DNA of 64,000 nt. It comes from an uncultured Candidatus Binatia bacterium. GTDB lineage: Bacteria > Desulfobacterota > Binatia > UBA9968 > JAJDTQ01. Shown piece after piece: positions 1-10,003 of the stretch. The notes beneath the pieces were generated by a model, which was not told the origin of the DNA, ran no database searches, and saw only the letters and a list, made by a program, of their open reading frames with translations. Made by a program: the position numbers and the translations under genes. Location of the stretch: assembly GCA_965215605.1 (NCBI GenBank), contig OZ244070.1:704001-768000 (forward strand), given 5' to 3'. How positions within the stretch are numbered: position 1 is the first letter of the stretch; each line of letters begins with the position of its first letter.

Positions 1-1885
1 GGTCCCCGTTGCCCAGGAGCTGCTCCGCCCCCTGTCCGTCCAGGATGGTGCGTGAATCCACCCGCGATGTCACCTGGAAAGAGATGCGCGCGGGAAAGTT
101 GGCCTTGATCAGACCGGTGATCACGTCTACGGACGGCCGCTGGGTCGCCAACACCATGTGGATGCCGGCCGCCCGCGCTTTCTGCGCCAACCGCGTGATG
201 TGCTCCTCGATGTCACGCCCCACGGACATCATGAGATCCGCCAGCTCGTCGATGAGGATGACGATCCGGGGGAGCCGTCCGTGCTCCAGTTCCTCGCGCC
301 CGTCCAACCGGCCTCCCGGCTCCGCACCCTCGGTGGAACCGTCGTCTCCGTCCTCGCCCGCCGGCTTCTCCGGCGGCGGCTCCCGTTCCAGGATGCGGTT
401 GTAATTGTCGAGATTGCGGGCGCGCTTGTCGCGCATGAGCCGGTAGCGGCGGTCCATTTCCTCCACTGCCCAGAACAACGCCGCCCGCGCCTCCTTCGGA
501 TCGGTCACCACCGGGGTCAACAGATGCGGCAACCCTTCATAGGGCGTCAGCTCGAGCATCTTCGGGTCGATCATGATGAAGCGCGCGTCGTCCGGCGTGG
601 CCTTGTACAGGATGCTGAGGATCATGGAGTTGAGCGAGACGGATTTGCCCGTGCCGGTGGCGCCCGCCACCAGCAGGTGCGGCATGCGGGCGAGATCCGT
701 GGCGAAAGGCGCCCCGGAGATATCCTTCCCCAAGGCCAGGGACACCATCGAGTCGGAGCTCGCGTAGACCGGATCTTCCAGGATCTCTCTCAGGTAGACC
801 GTCTCGCGTCGGGCATTGGGCACCTCGATGCCCACCACCGACTCTCCGGGAATCGGCGCCAGGATACGGATGCTGACGGCGCTCAGGGCCATGGCAAGAT
901 CGTCCGCCACGCCCACGATGCGGCGCACCATGACGCCGGGGGCGGGCCGGAACTCATACACGGTGATGACCGGCCCCGGCCTCACCGCCAGCACCTCGCC
1001 CTCGATGCCGAAGTCCTGGAGTTTCCGCTGCAGCATCAGGGAGTTGGCTTCCAGCGTGCCCTTGTCGATGCTGGCCTTTTCTTCCGGAGGTGCGTCGAGA
1101 AAGGCCGTCGACGGCAGCGTGTAGCCGTCGGTGAGCTCGGGAAACACGAACTGTTCGGTTTCGGGCCTGGACTTCGCCTTGCTCTTGGCCTTCTTCCGGC
1201 GCCCCTTGGCCGTTTCCTCTGGAGCCGCAGGTTCCTCTTCGACGATGATGGAAGGCGCCTGGAACTCCCGGCGGTCCTTCTTGACGTTGGCGGACGGCTT
1301 GCCCTCCACCTTCCTCCGCCGCGCCGATGCCGTGGGCGCGCCCATCCTGGAGCGGAGTTGCCCGGGGGCGTCCACGAGGTGATTCCACCAACTGAGCATG
1401 GACGTCTGGGACATCAGCATGACCGCCGCCAGCAACAGGAACAGCGTGATGGCGCAGGTTCCGGCATAGCCGAACATCTCCGTCAGGAACTGTTCGGAAA
1501 ACCCGCCCAGGACGCCGCCGCTCTCCCGCGCCGCGTCCACCTCGTGCACGAGACTGACCAGGATGGCCAGACCCCACAGGAGCATCCCGTATCCTGCAAC
1601 CTTCAGGAGCCCAAGCCTCCGGGGCTCCCGGCGGAAGAGCCGGACCGCGAGCAGGGCCAGGACGACGGGCAGCAGCCAGGCCGTGAGGCCCAGGCCCTGC
1701 AACAACACGTCCGCCAGATAGGCCCCCACCACCCCACCGAGGTTCACCGGGTCCCGGTCTCCGGACGGGACGTTGATGGACTGGTCCAGGGGGCTGTGGG
1801 AGACCAGGCTGAGCACGGCGAAACAGGCCGCCACGAGAGCCACCGAGCCCCAGAGTTCACGACTGAGCCGCGAGCCGTTCTGCAT
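1..1885 (-). CDS. ftsK: DNA translocase FtsK/SpoIIIE (3' end runs off the window)
   Basis: Not in the ORF track; read manually from ATG at 1885: MQNGSRLSRELWGSVALVAACFAVLSLVSH... (N-terminal TM region), Walker A MPHLLVAGATGTGKSV near 640-690, and IVVILIDELADLM near 230-270. Confidence 0.93.
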   Translation of the reverse strand, partial: MQNGSRLSRELWGSVALVAACFAVLSLVSHSPLDQSINVPSGDRDPVNLGGVVGAYLADVLLQGLGLTAWLLPVVLALLAVRLFRREPRRLGLLKVAGYGMLLWGLAILVSLVHEVDAARESGGVLGGFSEQFLTEMFGYAGTCAITLFLLLAAVMLMSQTSMLSWWNHLVDAPGQLRSRMGAPTASARRRKVEGKPSANVKKDRREFQAPSIIVEEEPAAPEETAKGRRKKAKSKAKSRPETEQFVFPELTDGYTLPSTAFLDAPPEEKASIDKGTLEANSLMLQRKLQDFGIEGEVLAVRPGPVITVYEFRPAPGVMVRRIVGVADDLAMALSAVSIRILAPIPGESVVGIEVPNARRETVYLREILEDPVYASSDSMVSLALGKDISGAPFATDLARMPHLLVAGATGTGKSVSLNSMILSILYKATPDDARFIMIDPKMLELTPYEGLPHLLTPVVTDPKEARAALFWAVEEMDRRYRLMRDKRARNLDNYNRILEREPPPEKPAGEDGDDGSTEGAEPGGRLDGREELEHGRLPRIVILIDELADLMMSVGRDIEEHITRLAQKARAAGIHMVLATQRPSVDVITGLIKANFPARISFQVTSRVDSRTILDGQGAEQLLGNGD

Positions 1886-1894
1886 GGGCGCCGC

Positions 1895-3550
1895 CTACAT
1901 CTCCATGATATAAGGCACGATCACCGGCCTGCGCCGGAGCCTCTTCTCGAAGAACCTGCGCAGCGACCGGCGTATGCCTTCCTTGAGCTCGGCCGAGTCC
2001 ATACGCATCTCGACACCACAAGCCTCGACGTATTCGCGCAACGACTCCCGGGCGGTGCCGAGAACGTCATCCTCCTCTTCCAGCCGCATGAATCCACGGG
2101 CCATCAGATCCGGGCCCGCGGCAACCTCCCCGGTTCGCTGGTGGACCGCCATGACCACCACCACCAAGCCATCCTCGCTCAGATGCTTGCGGTCCCGTAT
2201 GACCACGTCCCCGACGTCGCCGATGCCATTCCCGTCCACGAAAACCTTGCCGGTGGCCACCGGCTCCACGCGCCAAGCGTCGTCGCCGGTGAGCTCCAGC
2301 ACGTCGCCGTTCTCCATGAGAAAGCAGTTGTCGGCGGGCACGCCCACCGAGCGCGCCAGCTCGATGTGCTTGCAGAGTTGGCGGAACTCTCCGTGAACGG
2401 GCACGAAGTACCGCGGCCGGGTGAGTTGAAGCATGGTCTTCAACTCTTCCTGGCTGGCGTGTCCCGATACGTGGATCTCCGAGGTGCGCTCGTAGTGGAC
2501 CCGGGCGCCCCGCCGGTAGAGGTGGTTGATGAGGTTGCTGATGATCTTCTCGTTTCCGGGGATGAACCGCGCCGACAACACCACCGCGTCTCCGGGCCGG
2601 ACCTTGATGGAGCGGTGCTCGTCGAAGGCCACCCGGTGGAGCACGGAAAGGGGCTCCCCCTGGCTTCCGGTGGTGAGGAAACAAAGCTGGTCGTCCGCGA
2701 GGTCCCGCCAGCCCTGGCTGTCCGTCATGACGTCGGCCGGCAGGCGCAGATAGCCCAGATCGGCGGCGATGGCCGTGTTGTTGATGATGCTCCGCCCGCT
2801 GAGGACCAGCTTGCGCCCGAAGTCGGCGGCCAATTCCGCCACCTGCTGGATGCGCGGGATGTGGGAGGCGAACGTCGACACGAAAACCCGTCCCGGACTG
2901 GCGCTGAAGATGCCCCGGAGCCCCTCGCCGACCGTGCGCTCGGAGGGCGTGCTGCCGGCGCGCTCGACGTTGGTGGAGTCCGACAGCAGCAGCAGAACGC
3001 CCTTGTCGCCGTAGGCCGCGAAACGGTGGAAGTCGAAGCTCTCCCCGGCCATGGGCGTGTTGTCGATCTTGAAGTCGCCGGTGTGGACGATGACTCCCGC
3101 GGGCGTTTCGATGGCGAGGGCGATGCAGTTGACCAGACTGTGGGTTACGGGAATTCCCTCGATGGTGAAGGGGCCCACGGGGAACCGCTGTCCGGGCGCG
3201 ATTTCCACCAGCTCGGTGGACTCTTCGAGCCGGTGCTCCCGCAACTTGTGGCGCAGGAACCCCAGGGTCAGCCGCGTGCCGTAGACCGGCACCTGGAAAC
3301 GCCGAAGGACATAGGGCAAGGCGCCGATGTGGTCCTCGTGGGCGTGGGTCAGTATGATCGCCTGGGGAGCCTTTCCCCGCTCCTCCAGATAGCTGATGTC
3401 CGGGATCACCAGATCGATGCCCAGCAGCTCGGGACCGGGGAACATCACGCCGCAGTCCAGGACGATGACGGAGTCGCCCCACTCCACCGCCAGCATGTTG
3501 CCGCCGAACTCTCCCAGCCCTCCCAAGGGAACAATCCTCACGGACTTCAT
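1895..3550 (-). CDS. rnj: Ribonuclease J
   Basis: PLGGLGEFGGNM N-terminus, THAHEDHIG metallo-beta-lactamase motif, HTGDFK, HVSGHA, PVHGE. Confidence 0.95.
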   Translation of the reverse strand: MKSVRIVPLGGLGEFGGNMLAVEWGDSVIVLDCGVMFPGPELLGIDLVIPDISYLEERGKAPQAIILTHAHEDHIGALPYVLRRFQVPVYGTRLTLGFLRHKLREHRLEESTELVEIAPGQRFPVGPFTIEGIPVTHSLVNCIALAIETPAGVIVHTGDFKIDNTPMAGESFDFHRFAAYGDKGVLLLLSDSTNVERAGSTPSERTVGEGLRGIFSASPGRVFVSTFASHIPRIQQVAELAADFGRKLVLSGRSIINNTAIAADLGYLRLPADVMTDSQGWRDLADDQLCFLTTGSQGEPLSVLHRVAFDEHRSIKVRPGDAVVLSARFIPGNEKIISNLINHLYRRGARVHYERTSEIHVSGHASQEELKTMLQLTRPRYFVPVHGEFRQLCKHIELARSVGVPADNCFLMENGDVLELTGDDAWRVEPVATGKVFVDGNGIGDVGDVVIRDRKHLSEDGLVVVVMAVHQRTGEVAAGPDLMARGFMRLEEEDDVLGTARESLREYVEACGVEMRMDSAELKEGIRRSLRRFFEKRLRRRPVIVPYIMEM

Positions 3551-4323
3551 CTAGTGTCCTCTCGCCTTGTCGCCGGCGGAAACCCTTCGGCGCGCCGGGC
3601 GCTGTCGCCGTCCCCCGGGGCGGCGCCCGGACGCGCCAGGTGTGAGCCGATGGCCTCCCGGACGCGGCGCATCTGCTGGCGGGAACGGGCGTCGCCGTCG
3701 TCCGGCGGGATCGCGTCCCCGACCACGACTTCCACTTCCCCGGGCCTGAGACGCCAGTCTCCCCGTCGCATCAAGACCCCCGACCCGTTGAGCGTAATGG
3801 GCACGATGGGAACCCCCGCCTGCTCCGCCAGGCGAAATCCTCCACGCTTGAACGGCAGCAGCCGTCCGTCCACGCTCCGCGTCCCCTCCGGAAACACCAC
3901 GACGGAGATGCCCCGGCTCAGCTTGTCGCACGCGCCTGCCATGGCGGCCGCCACATCCTTCGACCGGGTGCGCTTGACGATGATGTGCTTGGAGGCCCAC
4001 AGCGCCCAACCGAAGAACGGCACTCGAAGGAGCTCCCGCTTGGCTATCCAGCGCAATTGAAACGGCCCCAGCACCCGCACCAGCACCGGGATGTCGATGT
4101 TGCTCTGGTGATTGGCCATGAAGACATAGGCCCGGCGGGGATCCAGATGCCCCGTCTCCCGCACTCTCAACGCCACCCCGCCGGTCTTGAGAACGCACCA
4201 CGACCAGAACCGGAACATCGGATAGACCCGCTTGCCGTAGGGGTCCACGAGCCCGAGGGCAATGATGGGAATGCTCTGGAGTATGCTTGAAAGAACGATC
4301 AGCGCCAGCTTTAGGATGTACAT
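3547..4323 (-). CDS. plsC: 1-acyl-sn-glycerol-3-phosphate acyltransferase
   Basis: NHQSNID (HX4D), FPEGTRS and FKRGGF motifs. Confidence 0.9.
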   Translation of the reverse strand: MYILKLALIVLSSILQSIPIIALGLVDPYGKRVYPMFRFWSWCVLKTGGVALRVRETGHLDPRRAYVFMANHQSNIDIPVLVRVLGPFQLRWIAKRELLRVPFFGWALWASKHIIVKRTRSKDVAAAMAGACDKLSRGISVVVFPEGTRSVDGRLLPFKRGGFRLAEQAGVPIVPITLNGSGVLMRRGDWRLRPGEVEVVVGDAIPPDDGDARSRQQMRRVREAIGSHLARPGAAPGDGDSARRAEGFPPATRREDTR

Positions 4324-4380
4324 GCGGGTGAAGGCGTGTGTGCCCGGACTTGTCGGCGGCCTGAATGTACGGGCCGTTTC

Positions 4381-4409
4381 ATTCTATGGGATATGCGCGG
4401 CGAATGCAA
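4381..4409 (-). promoter_or_regulatory. Putative sigma70 promoter for plsC-rnj-ftsK
   Basis: Minus strand TTGCAT-N17-TAGAAT about 60 bp upstream of plsC. Confidence 0.55.
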
Positions 4410-4452
4410 TTTTGGCCGCGCCGGCAAACGGCCGAAGGGAAGCGGAAGACGT

Positions 4453-4524
4453 GCAGGGGCAGGGTTCGAACCCGTCCGCAAATGGCGCCATGCGAACACG
4501 GGCGGGCTTGAACCCCGCCTCTAC
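4453..4524. repeat. REP-like palindrome pair (GTAG/GCAGGGGCGGG...CCCGCCCCTAC type)
   Basis: gcaggggcagggttcgaacccgtccgc ... gggcgggcttgaaccccgcctctac; similar elements at 7927, 38088 and 61948. Confidence 0.55.
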
Positions 4525-5528
4525 AGCTCGATCTTCTCGGAGTACAGTCCCTTGATGAAGCCCGCCTGCTGAAGGCGCTTCAGGGCCTCCAATTCCAGGA
4601 GCCGATGCGGCATGAGCTTTCTCGCCCGCGAGTCCGTGACCGAGACCGCGTCGATGAGCGCCTGCACGCCTTCGGCGCGCGGCAACGGCAGCGGGTCCAG
4701 CCGGTTGGCCAGGGAGCGGTATGCGGTGGGAAGAGACGTTCCCTCCGCGAGGGTGACGTATTTCTTCATGATCCGCATGCTGTCGGCGCGCTGGGTAAGG
4801 AAGTGCTGCACGCCGTTGAGATAGGCCATCAGGAAACGGCGCAACACGTTGGGGCGGCCCTCGGCAAAGGACCGCGTGGTCACCAGCAGGTCGGTGACGA
4901 GATGGACCTCGCCGACGTCCAGCACCTTGATTCCCGCCTGCTGGGCTTGCGCCGCCACATGGGGGACCAGGGGCGCCCCCTGCACGACATTCCGAAAGAC
5001 GGCGACGGCGCGATCGGGCGAAAAGCCGATGGGGACCATCTCCACATCTTCCACCGGATCCAGGCCCGCCCGTCTCAGCAACACCCGCGCGATCAGGTCC
5101 GACTTCCTGCCGAGGCCCGACACTCCCACCTTCTTGCCCTTGAGCTGCGCCAGATGATCGACGTACGAGGCCACGCCGAAACGGTAGTTCTCCGTGCTCC
5201 CGTGCCCCCCGAAGAACACCAGGTCGGCGCCGTTGCTCACGGCCTCCAGCGGAGGCAGCACGCCCTGGGACGACACCAGGATGTCGATCCCGAGCAGCGA
5301 TTGCACACCGCCGGCCGCGGCTCCCTCGATGTAGACGGCCTCGACGTCGACGCCGTACTTGGCGAACAGGTCGGTGTCGTTGGCGACCCAGGTGATGACG
5401 GTGCCCACCCCGAACCCGGTCAAGCCGATCCGGACCGGCGCCCGTGCTTCGGCTCCGAGAACAACGGAGACGGCCGTCAACGTCGCAACCGTTGCCGCTG
5501 CAAGCGACTGCAGGAATCTCGAGAACAT
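4521..5528 (-). CDS. NMT1/SsuA/TauA-type ABC substrate-binding protein (orphan)
   Basis: Signal peptide MFSRFLQSLAAATVATLTAV..., LFAKYGVDVE, LKGKKVGVSG; start taken at ATG 5528. Confidence 0.8.
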   Translation of the reverse strand: MFSRFLQSLAAATVATLTAVSVVLGAEARAPVRIGLTGFGVGTVITWVANDTDLFAKYGVDVEAVYIEGAAAGGVQSLLGIDILVSSQGVLPPLEAVSNGADLVFFGGHGSTENYRFGVASYVDHLAQLKGKKVGVSGLGRKSDLIARVLLRRAGLDPVEDVEMVPIGFSPDRAVAVFRNVVQGAPLVPHVAAQAQQAGIKVLDVGEVHLVTDLLVTTRSFAEGRPNVLRRFLMAYLNGVQHFLTQRADSMRIMKKYVTLAEGTSLPTAYRSLANRLDPLPLPRAEGVQALIDAVSVTDSRARKLMPHRLLELEALKRLQQAGFIKGLYSEKIEL

Positions 5529-5624
5529 GATCCCCTCCCCCGCCGTGGACATGAATGAGAAGCACGGTCCACCGGGCGACCGCACCAGAATCCTATCGGC
5601 AGGCCGCCCCCGGGTCAATACAGA

Positions 5625-6584
5625 TTAGCGGCCTGAAACGAGGGCGGCGAGCAGGTCGATGAACAGCGGATGGTCGTTCACCGCGGGGGCCCGGTAGAAG
5701 TCCATTCCCAGCGCCTCCGCCCGTTGCCGCGCCTCGACGTCGAGGTCGTAGAGCACCTCGACGTGGTCGCAGACGAAGCCGATGGGCACCACCACCACCG
5801 CCCGCTCCCCTGCTCCCGCCAGGGTCTCCATGACGTCGCCCACGTCGGGCTCGAGCCACGGGTCGTTGGGGTTGCCGCTGCGGCTCTGGTAGGCCAGCGT
5901 CCACCGGGGCCGTCCCAGTCTCTGCGCCACCCCTTGGGAAGCCTTCCGAAACTGCGCCGCGTATGGGGAGTCATCGGCCATGGAACGTGGAATGCTGTGG
6001 GCGGTGAAGACGAGATGGGCATCCCGCCGGGCCGGCGGAATCCGGTCGATGGTGGCGGCCACCCGGTCGGTCACCGCCTGCACGTAGAGAGGGTGGTCGG
6101 ACCAGGCGCCCGCGTACTCCACCGCCGGCTCGCCGGCGGCTGTCCGGGCTGCCTCCACGCTATCGAGGTAACGGTCCCATGAGGCCTCCGTCCGGAACGC
6201 GGAGAGGATGATCCCCGACACGCGGCGGCAACCGTCCGCCCGGAGCCCCGCCAGGGCCTGGGCCAGAAAGGGGCGCCAGTTGCGCATGCCGACGTGGACG
6301 GGGACGGCGACGCCCTCCTGCGCGAGCCTGTCGCGCAGCGCCGCCGCCTGCCTGCGGGTGATCTCGTTCAGCGGCGAGCGGCCGCCGATGATCTCATAGT
6401 GCCGCGCCACCTCGTCAAGACGGGACGGCGGTATCCGCCGTCCGGCGGTGACGCGCTCGAGGAACGGCCGGATCTCGTCGGAATTCTCGGGCCCGCCGAA
6501 CGCGATCAGGAGGACCGCGTCAAACACGTCCTTCGCGCGCCCGGGCGCCTGCCTTTTTCCCTGGGGTGATGGATTATGGGCCAT
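5625..6584 (-). CDS. hemH: Ferrochelatase/coproporphyrin ferrochelatase
   Basis: FGGPE, GGRSPL, FTAHSIP, YQSRSG...PWLEPD, GFVCDHVEVLYDLD. Confidence 0.93.
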   Translation of the reverse strand: MAHNPSPQGKRQAPGRAKDVFDAVLLIAFGGPENSDEIRPFLERVTAGRRIPPSRLDEVARHYEIIGGRSPLNEITRRQAAALRDRLAQEGVAVPVHVGMRNWRPFLAQALAGLRADGCRRVSGIILSAFRTEASWDRYLDSVEAARTAAGEPAVEYAGAWSDHPLYVQAVTDRVAATIDRIPPARRDAHLVFTAHSIPRSMADDSPYAAQFRKASQGVAQRLGRPRWTLAYQSRSGNPNDPWLEPDVGDVMETLAGAGERAVVVVPIGFVCDHVEVLYDLDVEARQRAEALGMDFYRAPAVNDHPLFIDLLAALVSGR

Positions 6585-6604
6585 GGAGTTGATACACTGG
6601 AGTT

Positions 6605-7543
6605 GTGGTTACCATCCACATCCCGTTTCGTCGAGCTTTCCAAGACTGCGGCGGTACCCGCGCCCTGCCCCTGATCCACGGACTGCTGCACCAAGGCGTC
6701 GTTCTGTTGCTGGCCCTGTTCCTCGTTGGCGGCAGCGGCCCTGCCCGCCACGCATCCGCCGCCGACGGCCCGCCGCCTGTCCCCAACGAGAACGGAACCG
6801 CTCGGGACGACGGCGGAGAAGCGGCCAAGGCCGTGGCGCGCGCGGCGGCCCTTTACGGACAGTTCAAGTCCTCGGAAGCCCTGGTCCAGCTCAAGAAGGC
6901 GCTGGCGCTGGCCCCCGACGACCCCGAAGTCCTCGTCTGGACCGCGCGGACCTACATCGACGTGGGCGACATGATCCCCGAGACGGCCCCCGACTGGCAG
7001 AAGACACGCCAGGAGCAGTACCGCATCGCCGAGCGCTACGCGCGCGCGGCGGTCAAGGTCGATCCGAAATCGACGTGGCCTCACTTCTTCCTGGCCGTGG
7101 CATTGGGGAAGGTGGCCGAGTTCTCCGGCGTCAAGAAGCAGATCGCGCTGGCCGGTGACATCCGCAAGGCTACCGACACGGCCATCGCCCTCGATCCCGA
7201 CAACGGCTTTGCCTATCACGTCCTGGGCGTATGGCACCGGCGCATGGCGGAAATCAACCAGGCCGAGCGCCTGGTGGCGAAGTTGTTCCTTCTGGGTTCG
7301 GTCCCGCCCGGGCGCATGGACGACTCCGTCCGCAACCTGAAGAAGGCGATCGAGTACAACCCCGACGTCATCAACCACCACCTGGAGCTGGCAAGGACCT
7401 ACCAAGCCCTCGGCAAGCCGGAACTGGCCCGCCGGCACCTGGAGACCGTCGCCAAGCTACCGATCAAATTCTCCGACGACGCGATACACAAGCGGAAGGC
7501 GCAGCAGTTGCTGCGGGAAATCAGCCGCAACGGAAACGGCTGA
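6605..7543 (+). CDS. Exported TPR-repeat protein (start uncertain)
   Basis: Hydrophobic signal-like stretch followed by helical repeats (KALALAPDDP, AVKVDPKS, AIALDPDN, AIEYNPD). Confidence 0.75.
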   Translation: MVTIHIPFRRAFQDCGGTRALPLIHGLLHQGVVLLLALFLVGGSGPARHASAADGPPPVPNENGTARDDGGEAAKAVARAAALYGQFKSSEALVQLKKALALAPDDPEVLVWTARTYIDVGDMIPETAPDWQKTRQEQYRIAERYARAAVKVDPKSTWPHFFLAVALGKVAEFSGVKKQIALAGDIRKATDTAIALDPDNGFAYHVLGVWHRRMAEINQAERLVAKLFLLGSVPPGRMDDSVRNLKKAIEYNPDVINHHLELARTYQALGKPELARRHLETVAKLPIKFSDDAIHKRKAQQLLREISRNGNG

Positions 7544-7574
7544 GGCGAGTGTGGTCAGGGACGGCGCCGCCGGA

Positions 7575-7892
7575 CTACCACTCGATACGGACGCACACCT
7601 CGTCTCCCCTCTCCTCCACGGGCAGAACCGTCAGCGGGTCGCCGCCCTTGGGCAGCACGCATTCTCCGGTGCCGAGATCGAAACAGTAGCCGTGATTGTC
7701 GCAGCGGACCTTCCCCGCCGCGATGACTCCGCCCATGAGATCCGCGCTCTCGTGCGGACAATAGCGCGAGAACGCGAAGTAGCCGCCCTCCATGCGCGTC
7801 AGCACGAGCGCCCGCCCGTTGAGGTCCACGGCCTTCCGCTCTCCGGGCTCCAACTCACCGGCGCGGGCCACCGGAATGTACGTCAATCCCAC
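7575..7892 (-). CDS. Rieske [2Fe-2S] ferredoxin
   Basis: CPH...CDNHG Rieske ligands and FDLGTG; GTG start at 7892 after GGGGGAG. Confidence 0.85.
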   Translation of the reverse strand: MGLTYIPVARAGELEPGERKAVDLNGRALVLTRMEGGYFAFSRYCPHESADLMGGVIAAGKVRCDNHGYCFDLGTGECVLPKGGDPLTVLPVEERGDEVCVRIEW

Positions 7893-7926
7893 CGGGTCTC
7901 CCCCCTTGTTTCCAGCCCTCAACCAC

Positions 7927-7955
7927 GCAGGGACGGGTTTGAAACCCGCCCCTGC
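7927..7955. repeat. REP-like palindrome
   Basis: gcagggacgggtttgaaacccgcccctgc hairpin in the intergenic region. Confidence 0.65.
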
Positions 7956-7999
7956 CCGTATCGAACGACAAGGCTCCCGGGAGCCTGTCCGAGCCGGCG

Positions 8000-9700
8000 C
8001 TACGCGGCCGCCGCTCGGCTCGGGGCATACGCCGAGCCCCGCAGCACCTGGCCCGGGAGCTCGCCGCTGAGACGGCCGTCCTCGTAGATCACGCCGCCGT
8101 TGACGATGGTGTAGTGGATGCCGTCGGAGCGCTGGATCAGGCGCTTGGTGCCGGCCGGGTAGTCCGCCGCCCACTCGGGTTCGTAGGCGCGCACGGTGTC
8201 GGGATCGAACAGGGTCAGATCGGCAGCGTAGCCGGGCCGGATCAGGCCCCTGCCCTCGAGGCCGTACACCGAGGCGACGTGGAAGGTGAGCTTGTGCACC
8301 GCTTCTTCCAGCGTCATGAGGCCGCGCTCCCGGACCCACAAGCCCAGCAAGGTGGTGCCGTAACCGAAGTCGGCGCCGTACATCACGTGGGCGCCGGCAT
8401 CCGAGGTGCCCACCAGCACGTAGGGGCTGCGCAGGATCTCTCCCATGGCCTGCGAGTCGCCGCCGGTGTTGGCGTTCTGGAAGGTGGTCAACAGGCCCTC
8501 GTCCAGCGACAGGTCGAGGAGGGCGTCAACGGGGTGCTGGTTCCGCATGGCCGCCATCTCCGCCACGCTCTTGCCCTCGTAGCGCTTGTTCTCTTCCTTG
8601 ACGACCTTTTCCACCTGCACGATGTCCCAGCGCCGGTGGAAATTGGTCATGCGCTCCGTCTCCAGATCCGCGCGCAGCTTCACGCGCGTGGCCGGGTCGG
8701 AAAAAGCCTGCTGCCGCACTTCCACGGGCAGAAACATGATGTTCTTCCAGTTGGGGAACTCGTCGAAGAGCTGTGCGTTCTGCAGGTTGAAGTGACGGAC
8801 CAGGGGAACCGTCTGGGTGAGACCGTAGGCGCGGTAGCCGTCGCGGAAAATGCGCGACACCGCATCCAACTGTTGCTGCCAGAGCGTGGGCTCGGCCCAA
8901 CGATGGTGGACGCTCTGCCAGATGATCGGCCGCTGCGTACGGCTGGCCAAGTCGTAGTAGGCGTCGAAATGCTCCATCTTGTTGCGGCCGAGAATGGTCT
9001 CGATGATGCCGCTGTTGAGCTCGCCGAGCACGTCGCAAAGGGCGTAGAGCTCGTTGTCGTCCGCGAGCCGGCTGGCCACGGGCTTGCCGTCCTCCCGCAT
9101 GTGCCGCTCGTTGCGGTTGGTGGAGAAGCCCAGGGCGCCCGCATCCATGGCGTCCCGCACCAGGCCCTTCATCTTCTGGACTTCGGGCGCGGTGGCCTTC
9201 CGCTCCACCGACTCCTCGCCCATGACGTTCTGCCGCACCGCGATGTGGCCCACCAGGCCGCCGGCGTTGATGCCGAGCTTGCCCTCCAGGGCATCGAGGT
9301 ACTCACCGTAAGAATGCCAACGCCAGTCAACGCCCTTTTCCAGCGCAAAGCGCGGAATCGCCTCCACCCGCACGAAGCTCTTGACCAAAGCGTCCTCGCC
9401 GCCGTCGCTCACCGGCGCCAGCGCCAGGCCGCAGTTGCCCATGACGATGGAGGTGATGCCGTGCTGCGGCTCGGAGGTGCCGTAGGGATCCCAGAGGATC
9501 TGCGCATCCATGTGGGTATGGTGGTCGATGAAACCTGGAGACACCACCAGCCCGGCGGCGTCGATGGTGCGGCTCGCCGAGCCCTTGAGACGCCCCACCT
9601 CGGCGATCTTGCCGTCCTTCACGGCGACATCCGCCGTGTGGGACGGCAGTCCCGAGCCATCGGCCACGCGCCCGCCGCGTATCAGCAGATCATATTCCAT
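8000..9700 (-). CDS. N-acyl-D-amino-acid deacylase family amidohydrolase
   Basis: PGFIDHHTHMD, GNCG, SDAGAH, GYAADLTLFDP. Confidence 0.88.
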   Translation of the reverse strand: MEYDLLIRGGRVADGSGLPSHTADVAVKDGKIAEVGRLKGSASRTIDAAGLVVSPGFIDHHTHMDAQILWDPYGTSEPQHGITSIVMGNCGLALAPVSDGGEDALVKSFVRVEAIPRFALEKGVDWRWHSYGEYLDALEGKLGINAGGLVGHIAVRQNVMGEESVERKATAPEVQKMKGLVRDAMDAGALGFSTNRNERHMREDGKPVASRLADDNELYALCDVLGELNSGIIETILGRNKMEHFDAYYDLASRTQRPIIWQSVHHRWAEPTLWQQQLDAVSRIFRDGYRAYGLTQTVPLVRHFNLQNAQLFDEFPNWKNIMFLPVEVRQQAFSDPATRVKLRADLETERMTNFHRRWDIVQVEKVVKEENKRYEGKSVAEMAAMRNQHPVDALLDLSLDEGLLTTFQNANTGGDSQAMGEILRSPYVLVGTSDAGAHVMYGADFGYGTTLLGLWVRERGLMTLEEAVHKLTFHVASVYGLEGRGLIRPGYAADLTLFDPDTVRAYEPEWAADYPAGTKRLIQRSDGIHYTIVNGGVIYEDGRLSGELPGQVLRGSAYAPSRAAAA

Positions 9701-9780
9701 GGACCAGTCCTCCTTCGTCGCAACGCCCGGGACGGAACGGGCGGACCGGGCATCCGCCGTGACCTTCCTTCGCGGAAAGC

Positions 9781-9809
9781 AGCATATTGAATCGCATGCG
9801 CGAGTGCAA
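9781..9809 (-). promoter_or_regulatory. Putative sigma70 promoter for the amidohydrolase
   Basis: Minus strand TTGCAC-N17-TATGCT. Confidence 0.5.
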
Positions 9810-9854
9810 CCATTTCATGCTGTACCGCCTTGGGAAGAAGGATGCAGCGCGTTC

Positions 9855-9887
9855 TTGACGAACTCAATTAATGTACGTACATAAATG
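9855..9887 (+). promoter_or_regulatory. TA-module promoter with palindromic operator
   Basis: TTGACG (9855-9860) followed by the perfect palindrome ATGTACGTACAT (9871-9882) directly before ATG 9885. Confidence 0.6.
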
Positions 9888-10003
9888 AGGTGGACGGGGC
9901 CATGGTGGCGGTTGTCTGGACGCTCCGCGGCGACGCCCGCCGGATCATCGGCATGAGGAAGGCCAATGAACGGGAAAGAGAACTTTACTGCCCGCGATTT
10001 TGA
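9885..10003 (+). pseudogene. brnT: Truncated BrnT-family toxin (C-terminal ~38 aa only)
   Basis: Frame 9890-10003 reads VDGAMVAVVWTLRGDARRIIGMRKANERERELYCPRF*, matching the BrnT RIIS(A/M)RKA C-terminus; in-frame stop at 9869; overlaps the brnA start. Confidence 0.75.

Noticed and set aside
158-4060. 1300-aa plus-strand ORF and the many other long overlapping ORFs (e.g. 8114-9790, 20439-22637, 34057-36426, 47453-49984)
   Set aside because: Antisense or off-frame shadows of well-supported genes, expected in high-GC DNA; no recognisable motifs
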